From Candidatus Latescibacterota bacterium (GTDB lineage: Bacteria > Latescibacterota > UBA2968 > GCA-2709665), in the NCBI GenBank assembly GCA_965248435.1, contig OZ252100.1, forward strand, positions 544,001-608,000: 64,000 nt of DNA, in the 5' to 3' direction. The notes under the pieces were generated by a model. The model searched no databases and had not been told where the DNA came from. It worked only from the letters and a program-made list of their open reading frames with translations. The position numbers were made by a program, and so were the translations under genes. How positions within the stretch are numbered: the stretch's first letter is position 1; each line of letters starts with the position of its first letter. This document shows, piece after piece, positions 37,459-47,302 of the stretch.

Positions 37459-37965
37459 TCACTCCGCGCTCTGGATCGCGTAGACCTGCATCGGCTTGTT
37501 CTTCCAGGTCACATCTCTTTCAAATCGCATCCCGTTCTTGAGGGCCACCTTTTTGGAGGCGACGTTCCCTGGATCGATCAGCGAAACAAGGCGCTTGAGA
37601 CCAAGCGTGTTCAATCCATACTCCTTCGCAGCCTGTGCGGCCTCCGTGGCATATCCCCGACCCCAGTAGGTGCGATCCAGATGGTAAGAGACTTCGATTT
37701 CCAGAGCGTCTTCTACCTCCTGACGCAGCAGTCCGCACCATCCGATCAGCCGCTCCTCCCCCTTTAAGATAACTCCCCACCGTCCGTAGCCATACTCCTC
37801 ATAAAATCGAATCGTGCCTTCTACCATCTCCTGGATCGATTCGAGGGTTCGCGGTCCGCCTTTGAACTCCATCCCGGCAGGATCGATGTACATCGCCTCG
37901 ATCGTTGGAATGTCATCCAGCGTAACCTGGCGGAGGATCAAGCGCGGGGTCTCAGTCACGGTCAT
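37459..37965 (-). CDS. GNAT acetyltransferase (RimJ/RimL-like)
   Basis: ETPRLILR, YWGRGYATEAA, NVASKKVALKNGM. Confidence 0.92.
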   Translation of the reverse strand: MTVTETPRLILRQVTLDDIPTIEAMYIDPAGMEFKGGPRTLESIQEMVEGTIRFYEEYGYGRWGVILKGEERLIGWCGLLRQEVEDALEIEVSYHLDRTYWGRGYATEAAQAAKEYGLNTLGLKRLVSLIDPGNVASKKVALKNGMRFERDVTWKNKPMQVYAIQSAE

Positions 37966-38713
37966 GAGGTATCCTTTCGACAGCATCCAGAATCTGTGCC
38001 AAGGAAGTGACAGTAGCGTCAGGCTCGATCTCTTCACCCGGGTGTCCAGTTCCCCTGGATGGCGCGCGACTCAGGCTCTCGATGTAGACTTTCTCCCGAT
38101 CACTTTTCGCCACATACCCGTGGGCAACAGGGTCCAGATCGAACCAGATGCTACACATCCCGAGTCGCTTGGCAGGAGCGATGTCATTGTCGATACGGTC
38201 GCCGATCATAATTGCCTCAGCGGGCATACAATCTGCCTCCGCCAGCAGGCCTTTGAAGAACCTGGGATCCGGCTTGCTCAGATTCCGCTCCGCGCTGATC
38301 CCGACAACAGAAAAATAGCCCAGCAGCCCGGCAGTTTCCAGTGCCTGGCGGCAGATTTTTGGCTGATTCGCGGCAACACCCAGCTTATAGCTGGTTGAGA
38401 GGTTCCTCAGCACCGCTTCAGCCCCCTCTATCGCATAATTATACGCGAAATAGTCCTGTTGAATCTTTCGCCGATTCCGTTCTTGCACCTCCGCCCAACC
38501 CTCCTCGCCCAGGAATTCGTGCCCGAGGGTCACATATGGCACGCGGTCCTGATTCTTACGAACCAGTGTCTCGCGCCTCTCCATCAAAGCCTCAAATGAA
38601 ATTTGATGTCCTGAGTCACGGATCGCGTCGTGTAGTCCAAGCTAATGCATCGCAATGATTGGTTCATCGACGAACAGGACGTTGCCAATGTCGAAAAATA
38701 TCCAGTGAATCAC
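37952..38713 (-). pseudogene. HAD hydrolase with an in-frame TAG at codon 24
   Basis: GTG 38713 gives MIHWIFFDIGNVLFVDEPIIAMH*LGLHD..., in frame with the downstream ORF (ANQ, KPDPRFF, MIGDRIDNDI). TAG is at 38642-38644. Confidence 0.85.
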
Positions 38714-38715
38714 AC

Positions 38716-39165
38716 TCAATTTCCCCTAAGTCCCATCTTTGCCAGGAGTTCAGAAAGCAAATATCCGTGCTCCCCGTACAGTTCAGGAACGCCGTCGGGC
38801 AGCCGCACCCAGTAGAGGTCGAATGTGATCGGTTCGCCACCGTCGCTCCGGTGTCGCTCTACGTTATGCCATCGATCTGGCGCCTCCTCTTCGCAGACAA
38901 GGTGAAAGAAGTGGCGGTTGTGTACCTCTTCAATGGAGTAGTCCCTCATGTCGCGGCGTTGTGTGCCGAGAAGGCCTACCTTTTTCAGTCGCTTCAGTCC
39001 CGTCTCCTCCTCCGCCTCCCGCATGACCGCCTCCTCGAGCCGTTCACCCTCTTCGACGGTACCTGCGGGAACCTGCACACCTGCGTCCGGATTCCCCAGA
39101 TGCTGAAAAACGAGTAGATCGCTACCTCTTGTGATGTATGCGAATACTTTGTCTCTTTGGATCAT
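38716..39165 (-). CDS. NUDIX hydrolase
   Basis: PAGTVEEGERLEEAVMREAEEETG. Confidence 0.92.
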   Translation of the reverse strand: MIQRDKVFAYITRGSDLLVFQHLGNPDAGVQVPAGTVEEGERLEEAVMREAEEETGLKRLKKVGLLGTQRRDMRDYSIEEVHNRHFFHLVCEEEAPDRWHNVERHRSDGGEPITFDLYWVRLPDGVPELYGEHGYLLSELLAKMGLRGN

Positions 39166-39367
39166 CCAGTCCCCCTAACGACGATTGGATTCCCTTAAGC
39201 TCTCCTTTACAGCTTTCAAGACAAGGTCGGATATTTGAAGGAGGAGTGTCACTCACGTTGAAGTGTAGCCAATTATGCAAGGTGCTCAAACGAAAAACCC
39301 CGCACGAGCGCTCGAGTCTCGGACGGGTTAGATTTTTGCGATTCCTTGTAGGGATCAACGATCCGGC

Positions 39368-39955
39368 CTAATCTCCCCCTGACCCCGACACGTCTACTTC
39401 AATGACCCTGGGAGAATCTGCCTCGACGCCGATCGGACCGGGAACCTCACCCCAGAATGTCTCACTTGCACTCAGACGGTAGACCACGTTTTGATCTGCG
39501 AGGTATACGGTCGGTGAAGGTTCGATCCGCACGTAGCTCTTGCTCCAGTCACTCCGGGAAGGCCCAAAGACAAAGGCGCCCACTGTATTCCCGTTTCCAT
39601 CAAACAGCGTCAACTGCAGGCCCGATGCGTCGTCGACAGAATAGGTCGGCCATTTGTTCAAATCCTCAGTCATCACGGTGCTTCGTTTCACCGACAAGAC
39701 GTTGTCGAACAGACCATCGATTCGATCCTGCCGAATTTGCAGCGTATCGTGTCCGGAAATATGCCAGGCGCCGGCCTTCTTGATCAACTCCAACTTCTCC
39801 TCTGCCCGTTCAATCGACACCCTGGCGACCTCCGCCCTGTCCCCCGAAAAAATGCTGTCGATCTGCGTCGTAACCCGGCGTTTCGAGTACTGAACGTAGA
39901 TCAGTCCGACTCCGAGCAGCACGATCGCCGCGATCCAGATGGCCCCTTTACCCAT
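39368..39955 (-). CDS. DUF4340-like membrane-anchored protein
   Basis: N-terminal TM helix; position after gldG and SYVR...VYL motif. Confidence 0.75.
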   Translation of the reverse strand: MGKGAIWIAAIVLLGVGLIYVQYSKRRVTTQIDSIFSGDRAEVARVSIERAEEKLELIKKAGAWHISGHDTLQIRQDRIDGLFDNVLSVKRSTVMTEDLNKWPTYSVDDASGLQLTLFDGNGNTVGAFVFGPSRSDWSKSYVRIEPSPTVYLADQNVVYRLSASETFWGEVPGPIGVEADSPRVIEVDVSGSGGD

Positions 39956-41456
39956 ACAACGCCTCCAGGAACCTCGCCCGGGCAAGTTCCCGTCTCCACC
40001 GAAACATCCCGTAGCCGATGATAAGAATGGGCGGCAGAAAGATGTTCAACCACTTCCAGGTCACCCGTTCTGCATCCTGCAGCACGGCCAGCGGCCGCGT
40101 CGTGATCTCGCGCGAGCGAAGGGCCACGAGATCGCTGTCCCCCATCAGGAAATCCACTGCGTTGGCAACGAACAGGAAGTTCTCCTGAAATGCGCCTCCC
40201 CCGCCGTCATCGAAGAAAAAGGAATCGCCCACGAGAATCACCTGACTCACGTTCGCCGTGCTGGCAGACTTGACAGCGGAAAGCGCGCCGACCACCTTCC
40301 CCTGCTGGTTCGTATTTCTGAACGATGGATTGTCTACCGGACTCAGGTTGTAGCGTTCCGAAACGGTCCCCGATCTATTCGACGTGACGAACAGGGGCGT
40401 TACAAGAGTGGACAGGCTGTCGGACCGATTCAGAACGATTTCGCTGCTGAACAAGAACCGCACCTGCTCCAGCCCATTGACCGTCAGATGATCTCCGAAC
40501 TCCTGGATGAGCGGAAAGAAGGGATATTCGACCTGGGAGTTCATGCGGAAAATTCCACGCTGCTGGGTGACCGTGATGTGGCTGCACCGCTGGTCAACGA
40601 CGAGGTTTTCCTTCAGCGCGAATCCCAATTCCTCCAGAAACCCGAATACATTCGACTCGATCGGGCTGCCCACCTGGGTCTGCAGGTCCGCCTTGACGCG
40701 ACTCTGTGCGATGAACAGATTCCCACCTCGATCCGTGAACGCCTGGAGGTGGATCAGGGCTTCTGTGCTGAGGGAGTCCTCCACTCCGCTCATCAACAGG
40801 AGCGGGATATCCTCCGGAATCTCCGTATCCAGATCCACAACCGTTACGTTATATGATTGCCCCAAGACATCCCGGATGTTCTGGGTACCCGCTTCTCCAC
40901 CGTCCGTGGCAGCGAATCCAATCGCCCGCTTATCTTTGTCCACCAGCCGCTTGATCTCTGTGGTGATGTCGTACTCGAGCCCGGTCGTCGTTTGAATAAC
41001 GGGAAGCGTTGCCCGGGCGTCGCCATAGAGAAACACCATGCCCATGTAGACGCGCTTCACCTCTAGCTTGTCGTTCTCGATCACCTGGAGCTGCACGGGC
41101 TGAATGCCGTAGCGACGCGCCTCCTGAGTCAAGGCCTCGTCGCTTTCCGGTTTGTAGATCTCGAATCGGATCTTCCCATCCGAAAAGGCCTCATACTCTT
41201 CCAAAAGATCCTGGAGGTAACGCCGATTGTTTCCGTACTGTCCCGGCAGGTTCTCCGTGAAGTAGACCTTGAGGATGAGCCGGTCATCGAGCTTGCCGAT
41301 CACGGCCTTGCTCGATCCTGAAAGCGAATACATCTGCGTGTCAGTGAGGTCCAGCCTGAAGAAGATGTCTCGACAAACGTAGTTCAGCACCACGACGATC
41401 GCTGCGGCGCCGATTAGAAAGACGAGGAATGTCCGCTTATCGTGAACTTTCAACAT
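39948..41456 (-). CDS. gldG: GldG-family ABC auxiliary protein
   Basis: RLDLTDTQMYSLS, YFTENLP, DLLEEY, LEYDIT, VILVGDS, LVALRSR. Confidence 0.85.
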   Translation of the reverse strand: MLKVHDKRTFLVFLIGAAAIVVVLNYVCRDIFFRLDLTDTQMYSLSGSSKAVIGKLDDRLILKVYFTENLPGQYGNNRRYLQDLLEEYEAFSDGKIRFEIYKPESDEALTQEARRYGIQPVQLQVIENDKLEVKRVYMGMVFLYGDARATLPVIQTTTGLEYDITTEIKRLVDKDKRAIGFAATDGGEAGTQNIRDVLGQSYNVTVVDLDTEIPEDIPLLLMSGVEDSLSTEALIHLQAFTDRGGNLFIAQSRVKADLQTQVGSPIESNVFGFLEELGFALKENLVVDQRCSHITVTQQRGIFRMNSQVEYPFFPLIQEFGDHLTVNGLEQVRFLFSSEIVLNRSDSLSTLVTPLFVTSNRSGTVSERYNLSPVDNPSFRNTNQQGKVVGALSAVKSASTANVSQVILVGDSFFFDDGGGGAFQENFLFVANAVDFLMGDSDLVALRSREITTRPLAVLQDAERVTWKWLNIFLPPILIIGYGMFRWRRELARARFLEALYG

Positions 41457-41457
41457 G

Positions 41458-42171
41458 CTACCTCCATTTGCGCATCCCCAGGACCCGGACCGTCACCGCC
41501 AGGAACAGCCAGATTCCACTCAAGAAATAGACGAGGTTTCGAGAATCCACCACCCCTCGGGAGATGTTGGAGAAATGAAAATTCACACTCAGATATTGCA
41601 TTGCGTGGGAAATCCCCGAAGGCATGAACAGGAGCATCTGCTCTAGCATGTAGAGCACGAAGATGATGCAGACCGCGATGATCAGGGCAACGACCTGGTT
41701 GTCGGTAAGGCTGCTGGCCATGGTGCCCAGGGCCGCGTAAAACGACCCGAGCAGGACCAGGCCCAGATATCCAGTCAAGACAGCGCCATAGTCGATGCGC
41801 GTACCCACATACAGGAGCGTCACGAAATGCACGGCCGTAAACAACAACCCTACAACGATTAGAGACACCGCTGCGAAATATTTGCCCAGCACGAATTCTA
41901 CATCCTCGATCGGCAGCGTCGAGACCACCTCCATGGTCCCCAGGTTCTTTTCCCTCGCGATCAACCCCATGGAGATGGCCGGTACGAAGAACAGGTAGAT
42001 GAGCGGTACGATACTGAAGAGCGACCGGAGGTCCGACTGACCGGCGAGGAAGAAGGTGCTGCTGAAGAAATAGCCGTTCAGGATCCCGAACAGTACCAGG
42101 AAAATGTAGGCCATGGGGCTGTTGAAATAGGACTTCAGCTCTCTCGTATAGATCGCCAGAATGTTATGCAC
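41458..42171 (-). CDS. gldF: GldF-like ABC-2 permease
   Basis: RELKSYFNSPMAY, VPAISM, EKNLGTME, TDNQVVA, RGVVD. Confidence 0.85.
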   Translation of the reverse strand: MHNILAIYTRELKSYFNSPMAYIFLVLFGILNGYFFSSTFFLAGQSDLRSLFSIVPLIYLFFVPAISMGLIAREKNLGTMEVVSTLPIEDVEFVLGKYFAAVSLIVVGLLFTAVHFVTLLYVGTRIDYGAVLTGYLGLVLLGSFYAALGTMASSLTDNQVVALIIAVCIIFVLYMLEQMLLFMPSGISHAMQYLSVNFHFSNISRGVVDSRNLVYFLSGIWLFLAVTVRVLGMRKWR

Positions 42172-43105
42172 TCTCTGCCTCCACCGTCAAACCCCTGAAC
42201 ACATCTTCCAATTGCACTTTCAACTGACTCATCTCCAGGATGACCCAGCCGTTCTCTTTCGCGAAGTGAAAAATCGATTCCCTTGGGTCTTCGGTCTGGT
42301 CGTACTCGATCGCGAGGTTCTTCTTCCCATCTTGTTCCGTCACACCGGCTACCCTGATTTCGTTCACCTGTTCTTCAAGCCTGTGGATGCTGTCCGGATC
42401 GGCGTGTTTTACCTCCAGCGTCAACCGGGTCTGTCCCCGGAAGCTGGACATCAACTGATCCGGAGTACCATCCGCAACGATCTCCCCCTCGTTCAGGATA
42501 ACGATTCGGTCCACTGTTGCCTCGATCTCCTGCAGGATGTGGCTCGAGATGATCAGCGTCTTTTCCTTTCCCAGGGACTTGATCAGCTCCCGGATTTCCA
42601 CGATCTGATTCGGATCCAGGCCCGTGACGGGTTCGTCCATGACCAGAATATCCGGGTCGTGGATCATCGCAGACGCAAGCCCGATGCGCTGCTTGTAGCC
42701 CTTGGAACACGCGCTGACATCCATATGCACAACGCCGTTAAGCCCACATAGCTGCACGACACGGTCGAGGGCATCATTGAACGCCCGACCGCGAATTTCG
42801 CGGACTTGGGCGACAAAAGCCAACAGATCGTAGACGCGCATCTCTCCGTAGAGCGGGTTCAGTTCCGGGAGATAGCCGACACGTTTCCTGATCTCCAGTG
42901 AGTGGGATTCGATGTCGAGGTCGTCCACGTAGACGTTCCCGGATGTCGGTGCGAGGTAGCTCGTGATGACCTTCAGGGTGGTGGACTTTCCGGCCCCGTT
43001 CGCACCAAGAAATCCCAGGATCTCGCCGTCACGCACTTCGAAGGTGATGCCTCGGACCGCCTCGATCGTCCCGTAATGCTTTACCAGGTTCTCAACACGT
43101 ATCAT
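42164..43105 (-). CDS. gldA: GldA-like ABC ATP-binding protein
   Basis: GANGAGKSTT, SKGYKQR, MDEPVTGLDPNQI. Confidence 0.88.
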   Translation of the reverse strand: MIRVENLVKHYGTIEAVRGITFEVRDGEILGFLGANGAGKSTTLKVITSYLAPTSGNVYVDDLDIESHSLEIRKRVGYLPELNPLYGEMRVYDLLAFVAQVREIRGRAFNDALDRVVQLCGLNGVVHMDVSACSKGYKQRIGLASAMIHDPDILVMDEPVTGLDPNQIVEIRELIKSLGKEKTLIISSHILQEIEATVDRIVILNEGEIVADGTPDQLMSSFRGQTRLTLEVKHADPDSIHRLEEQVNEIRVAGVTEQDGKKNLAIEYDQTEDPRESIFHFAKENGWVILEMSQLKVQLEDVFRGLTVEAESA

Positions 43106-43391
43106 TCAGCGCGTGCCTCCCGAAAACGTGTATTCGATTTCGACTAATTTAGGCCAAAATCTCGGCCAGTCAAGATCGAGATGTGAAACGACGGAATCTG
43201 GAGAAACCTGGCTAAGTGCTGAAAACACGTTGACCCTCTACTACAGAGAGTAAGAGCACCCCGTCAACATTTCGCGTGGAGAGTTTGGGTTTGTGTCCAC
43301 GCGCCAGGCAACATATCTTGTAAATATCCTGTTTTTCAACCAATAACCGTCAGAAATCCTCGAGGATTTTCGTCCCGAAAGAGGGCAGACG

Positions 43392-44471
43392 ATGAAATTC
43401 GTGATCCGCGCCGGGGGAATCGGCACACGGCTCTGGCCGTATAGTCGCAGAGATCGTCCCAAGCAGTTCCACGCATTCGTGGGGGGGCGCAGCATGATCC
43501 AGGAAGCCGTCGCGCGCATCGCTTCCCTCGCTGGCCTGGACGACCTCTACGTCTCCACTGGAAAAGACACAGTCACGGCCGTACGTGAGCACCTGCCGGA
43601 CCTCCCGGAAGCCCACCTCTTTGAAGAACCAGCGGTGCGCAACACGGGCCCCGCTGTTGGTCTGGAGAGCGTGCTGCTTGAGACTAGATATCCCGGCTGC
43701 ACTGTTGCAAGCCTCGGTTCCGACCACCACATCGGGAAGCCGGATGAGTTCTGCCGTCTTCTCCAGGTCGCAGAGACAGCCCTTGAAGAGATGCCGGAGA
43801 CCCTCATCACCGTAGGCGTGAAACCAACGAGAATCGACACCGGCCTTGGATACATAAAAAAAGGAGAGCGACTCCGCACGATATTGGACGAACCGGTCTT
43901 CGCGGTTGAGGGATTTACCGAGAAGCCGGATGAGGATCTGGCCCGGGAATACGTCAAGAGCGGCGATTACCTGTGGAACAGCAACATGTTCGTTTGGAAG
44001 GCCCGAACCATTCTGGATCTCTTTTCCAGGTTCGAACCGGAAATCTACGATATCCTGATGCGAATCCAACGGGAGGCGGAGCGGGGAGACGCAAGCGACG
44101 TGATCGCAAGCGAATATCCCAAAATGAAGGAAATCCCGATCGACAACGCCATTCTGGAACGCGCGCAATCCCTTGCCACCCTGGAGGCCGACATCGATTG
44201 GAGTGACATTGGAACCTGGGGCGCCCTGGCTGAGGTGCTGCCAACAGACGGCGAAGGCAACCTCCTCTCAGGAGACGTCCTTGCCCTCGACGCGCACCAG
44301 GTGACCGCATATGCCTCCGCTGGAAAACTAATCGCACTGATCGATGTGGAAAATCTTGTCGTGATCGATACCCCGGACGCACTCCTGATCTGTCCGAGAG
44401 ATCAAACACAGCGAGTCAGAGACGTGGTCACCCGACTACAGCAGGAACGGGACCGCGAAAAGTACACATGA
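43392..44471 (+). CDS. manC: mannose-1-phosphate guanylyltransferase
   Basis: AGGIGTRLWPYSR..PKQF, RNTGPA, SDH, FTEKP, WNSNMF, WSDIGTW. Confidence 0.92.
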   Translation: MKFVIRAGGIGTRLWPYSRRDRPKQFHAFVGGRSMIQEAVARIASLAGLDDLYVSTGKDTVTAVREHLPDLPEAHLFEEPAVRNTGPAVGLESVLLETRYPGCTVASLGSDHHIGKPDEFCRLLQVAETALEEMPETLITVGVKPTRIDTGLGYIKKGERLRTILDEPVFAVEGFTEKPDEDLAREYVKSGDYLWNSNMFVWKARTILDLFSRFEPEIYDILMRIQREAERGDASDVIASEYPKMKEIPIDNAILERAQSLATLEADIDWSDIGTWGALAEVLPTDGEGNLLSGDVLALDAHQVTAYASAGKLIALIDVENLVVIDTPDALLICPRDQTQRVRDVVTRLQQERDREKYT

Positions 44472-44519
44472 TGGTGTTTCGATGCAACCTTCAAGAGATG
44501 GCGATCTGGGAGCGCGAAT

Positions 44520-45263
44520 TCATTCATGCTCTGCGACGATAGCGGTCCGATAGTAGCTGCAGAAGCCCGTGATCGGGCAAATGTCGCACGATGGGCTTCT
44601 CGCCGTGCAAACCCCCCTTCCGAAATCGATCAGATCCAGATGAAACCCTCTGGCCCTTCCTTTGGGAATCAGTTCGGCAAGCTCAAGGTGAGCCCTATCC
44701 CTCCCGACGCGCTCACCGATCACGCCTACACGGCGTAACACTCTGTGCACGTGCGTATCGACTGCGCACATATCCCGGTTGAACGCGAAAGCCAGGACGA
44801 TATAGGCCGTCTTAAGTCCGATGCCCCTGTGGCTGGTCAATAACTCGACAGCCTCCTCATCCTCGAGACCTTCCACAAAACCGAGATCAAAATCTCCTCT
44901 TTCCCTTTCCAGCCACCTGAGGAACGAGCGAATCGTCCGGGCCTTCTGATCGGTCAGGCCGGCTACCCGAATGGCACGCTTGAGCCTCCGGAGATCGGCA
45001 CGTGCGACTTCAGGCCAGGTCGAGAACCGCTCTTTGAGCCCGTCGAACGCCCGGTCCCGATTACGGTCCGTTGTATTCTGCGAGAGGATCGTTCTGATCA
45101 ATGCATCCAGAGGATCACGGGCCTCGCGCTTTGGATTCCACGCAACTCCGCCGTAGATTCGATCGAGGACCCGAAACACATTCCGTACGAGCTCCCGGCG
45201 ACACCGTCTTTCGTCGGGATCGGACCGTGGCGGACTAGCTCGATCAGGACCGGGGGTTCGCAC
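44520..45263 (-). CDS. nth: endonuclease III family HhH-GPD glycosylase
   Basis: ILSQNT, GIGLKTA, VDTHVHRV, C-x6-C-x2-C-x5-C; start placed at GTG 45263. Confidence 0.88.
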   Translation of the reverse strand: MRTPGPDRASPPRSDPDERRCRRELVRNVFRVLDRIYGGVAWNPKREARDPLDALIRTILSQNTTDRNRDRAFDGLKERFSTWPEVARADLRRLKRAIRVAGLTDQKARTIRSFLRWLERERGDFDLGFVEGLEDEEAVELLTSHRGIGLKTAYIVLAFAFNRDMCAVDTHVHRVLRRVGVIGERVGRDRAHLELAELIPKGRARGFHLDLIDFGRGVCTARSPSCDICPITGFCSYYRTAIVAEHE

Positions 45264-45655
45264 TAGCTGCCGTCCCTCTCCTCGATCTCCTGAACCAGCT
45301 TCAACAGGCGCCCTCGTGCATCCCCGGGATATTCGCAGAACATCCACCCGCTCGTCCGAGTCCCTTCCTCATCGGAGTCGGTCCAGATAGGCTCGGCGAC
45401 AAGTTGTATGGGTTCCTCTCCCTCGCGAGGGACGAGGCTCACTCTGACCTCCCGATCTCCACCCGTCAAATCGGCGATCGTCGGGACCTCTGAAAGATCG
45501 ATCCTCATGCCGGTCTCACTCACATCCTTGGTCCTGCACATCCGCTCATCCCCCTCGCGGACCGTTATCAGAACCAGCAAACGCACTGAAAAGCGCGTAT
45601 TCTTGCGGCGCCTCCTCCAAAACCTGCCAAGCAAGCCCACCTTCGGTCCTCGCAA
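45263..45655 (-). CDS. PilZ domain protein
   Basis: RRKNTR (RxxxR) and DVSETG (DxSxxG). Confidence 0.85.
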   Translation of the reverse strand: MRGPKVGLLGRFWRRRRKNTRFSVRLLVLITVREGDERMCRTKDVSETGMRIDLSEVPTIADLTGGDREVRVSLVPREGEEPIQLVAEPIWTDSDEEGTRTSGWMFCEYPGDARGRLLKLVQEIEERDGS

Positions 45656-45989
45656 TTGAGTCTTCAGATCGCAACTTGGTTTTTGCTATCTGCCGGAAAC
45701 GATCGTGACAGCCCTCGGAGGGGCAAATAGGAAGCTTCGGGGTTTAAGAAATCATACTTCAGCGGGATAGACAAGGAATTTTCTCGCCAGATCACGGCAA
45801 AACCGGGCTCTGCCCGACCGGGTTGCGGGGAGGGCATCCTTGACTTCCAAGGCTCTTAAGTCAGGGTGTTTGAAGTATTTGTCCCATTTCTCTAGCTTTG
45901 GTTCCGGCTTGACACACCCGGTGCTTATCCCGATATTTTCTGCAGCACCTAATCGCTCGACCTGATTTCTTGACCTATCAACTTATATT

Positions 45990-46659
45990 ATGACCTCTAA
46001 ACGACTTCCACACGAGGAACGACGCAACCAGATCATCGAGGTCGCGATGGAGCTCTTCGCGAACAAGGGGTTCAAGGGAGCGACTACACGCTCGATCGCA
46101 AAGGCTGCCGGAGTCTCTGAAGCCATTATTTTCCGCCATTTTGAAACAAAGGAAGACCTCTACGACGCCATCATCACCTATAACGGTAGAAAGGCGCATC
46201 AAGACCTGGGAAGGAGATGCGGCTTCCCTGGAGAAAGCGGGAGATTTGAGGACGATCCTCCGGGAATTCGCACAATTCTTCATCGAGCGCAACAGACGGG
46301 ATCACACCTTTATCCGGCTCATGATGTACAGTGCATTGGAGGACCACAAATTCCGGGAAAAATTCAAGGAGATCTACCGGTCCACCCACTTTGCGCGCAT
46401 TCGGCAGACCATCGAAACCGGCATCGAAGAGGGACTTTACAGGCCGGTAGATCCTCGACTCACGACCCGTTCCTTTTTCTGGGCTTTGCTCCACTACTGC
46501 ATCGCCCGATTCGTGGTCGCGAAACCCCGCCTGAACTCGTCCACCGATGAGGAAATGGTCGACAACCTGGTTGATATCTTTGTGCACGGCCTGGAACGCC
46601 ACGGCTCAGAGCACGGTATCGGTTCACCCGCGTTCGAAAATGAGACATTCCAGGAGTAA
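45990..46659 (+). pseudogene. TetR/AcrR regulator with an apparent 1-bp insertion at about 46182
   Basis: TetR HTH ([30 protein letters not shown]) in one frame and the C-terminal domain (LREFAQFF...LVDIFVHGL) in the +1 frame. Confidence 0.85.
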
Positions 46660-46734
46660 GAGGCGAAAGATGCGTCCGAGGACAGAGGATGAAGGTTTCA
46701 GGATTTACTGCACAAATTGATTGGGGGCAGTCGT

Positions 46735-47253
46735 TTGGCTGAGAAAGACGCAACGAAACTTTCGGAAAACACCCGTCGGTTCGTTCACATCCTTGATAAA
46801 ATCCCCATGTTTCAAAGACTCACGCCCGCGCAGGCCGTGGAGATTTTGAAAATATGCAAACCCCAGTCTTTCAGCCAGAAGGAAGTGCTGTGCGAGTATG
46901 GCAGCAAGAGCACAGAGATGCACATCCTGCTGTCGGGAAAGCTGGTCGTAACCGCCCAAGATGGTACGGCCCTGACTTCACTTACGCCCATCACGACGGT
47001 GGGTGAGATGGGTGTCATCACGGCACAGCCCCGGTCGGCCACGGTGATCGCCGGTCAGCCCAGCAGTGTGTTTCTGGTATCGAAGCTAAAATTCGAAGTC
47101 CTCATAAAGAAATTCCCGGATATAGGGTTTGTTATCTACCGAAACATCATTCAAATCTTATCTGAGCGTCTGGACACAACAAACAAGCAGCTTGTTACAA
47201 GCCAGAAGAATCTCTCAGAAATCCGCGAGAAAGGTGACGTGCTTTCCATCTGA
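46735..47253 (+). CDS. cyclic nucleotide-binding domain protein
   Basis: KIPMFQRL, VGEMGVITAQPRSATV. Confidence 0.88.
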   Translation: MAEKDATKLSENTRRFVHILDKIPMFQRLTPAQAVEILKICKPQSFSQKEVLCEYGSKSTEMHILLSGKLVVTAQDGTALTSLTPITTVGEMGVITAQPRSATVIAGQPSSVFLVSKLKFEVLIKKFPDIGFVIYRNIIQILSERLDTTNKQLVTSQKNLSEIREKGDVLSI

Positions 47254-47302
47254 GTCACCTTAGCGGTCCACACCCCTCCCCCACCACCACTTTCCACTCT
47301 CT

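Noticed and set aside
45770-45845. c-di-GMP riboswitch near the PilZ gene (GGCAAAACC...)
   Set aside because: It lacks the GNRA loop and second-stem features and is on the wrong strand for the PilZ gene.
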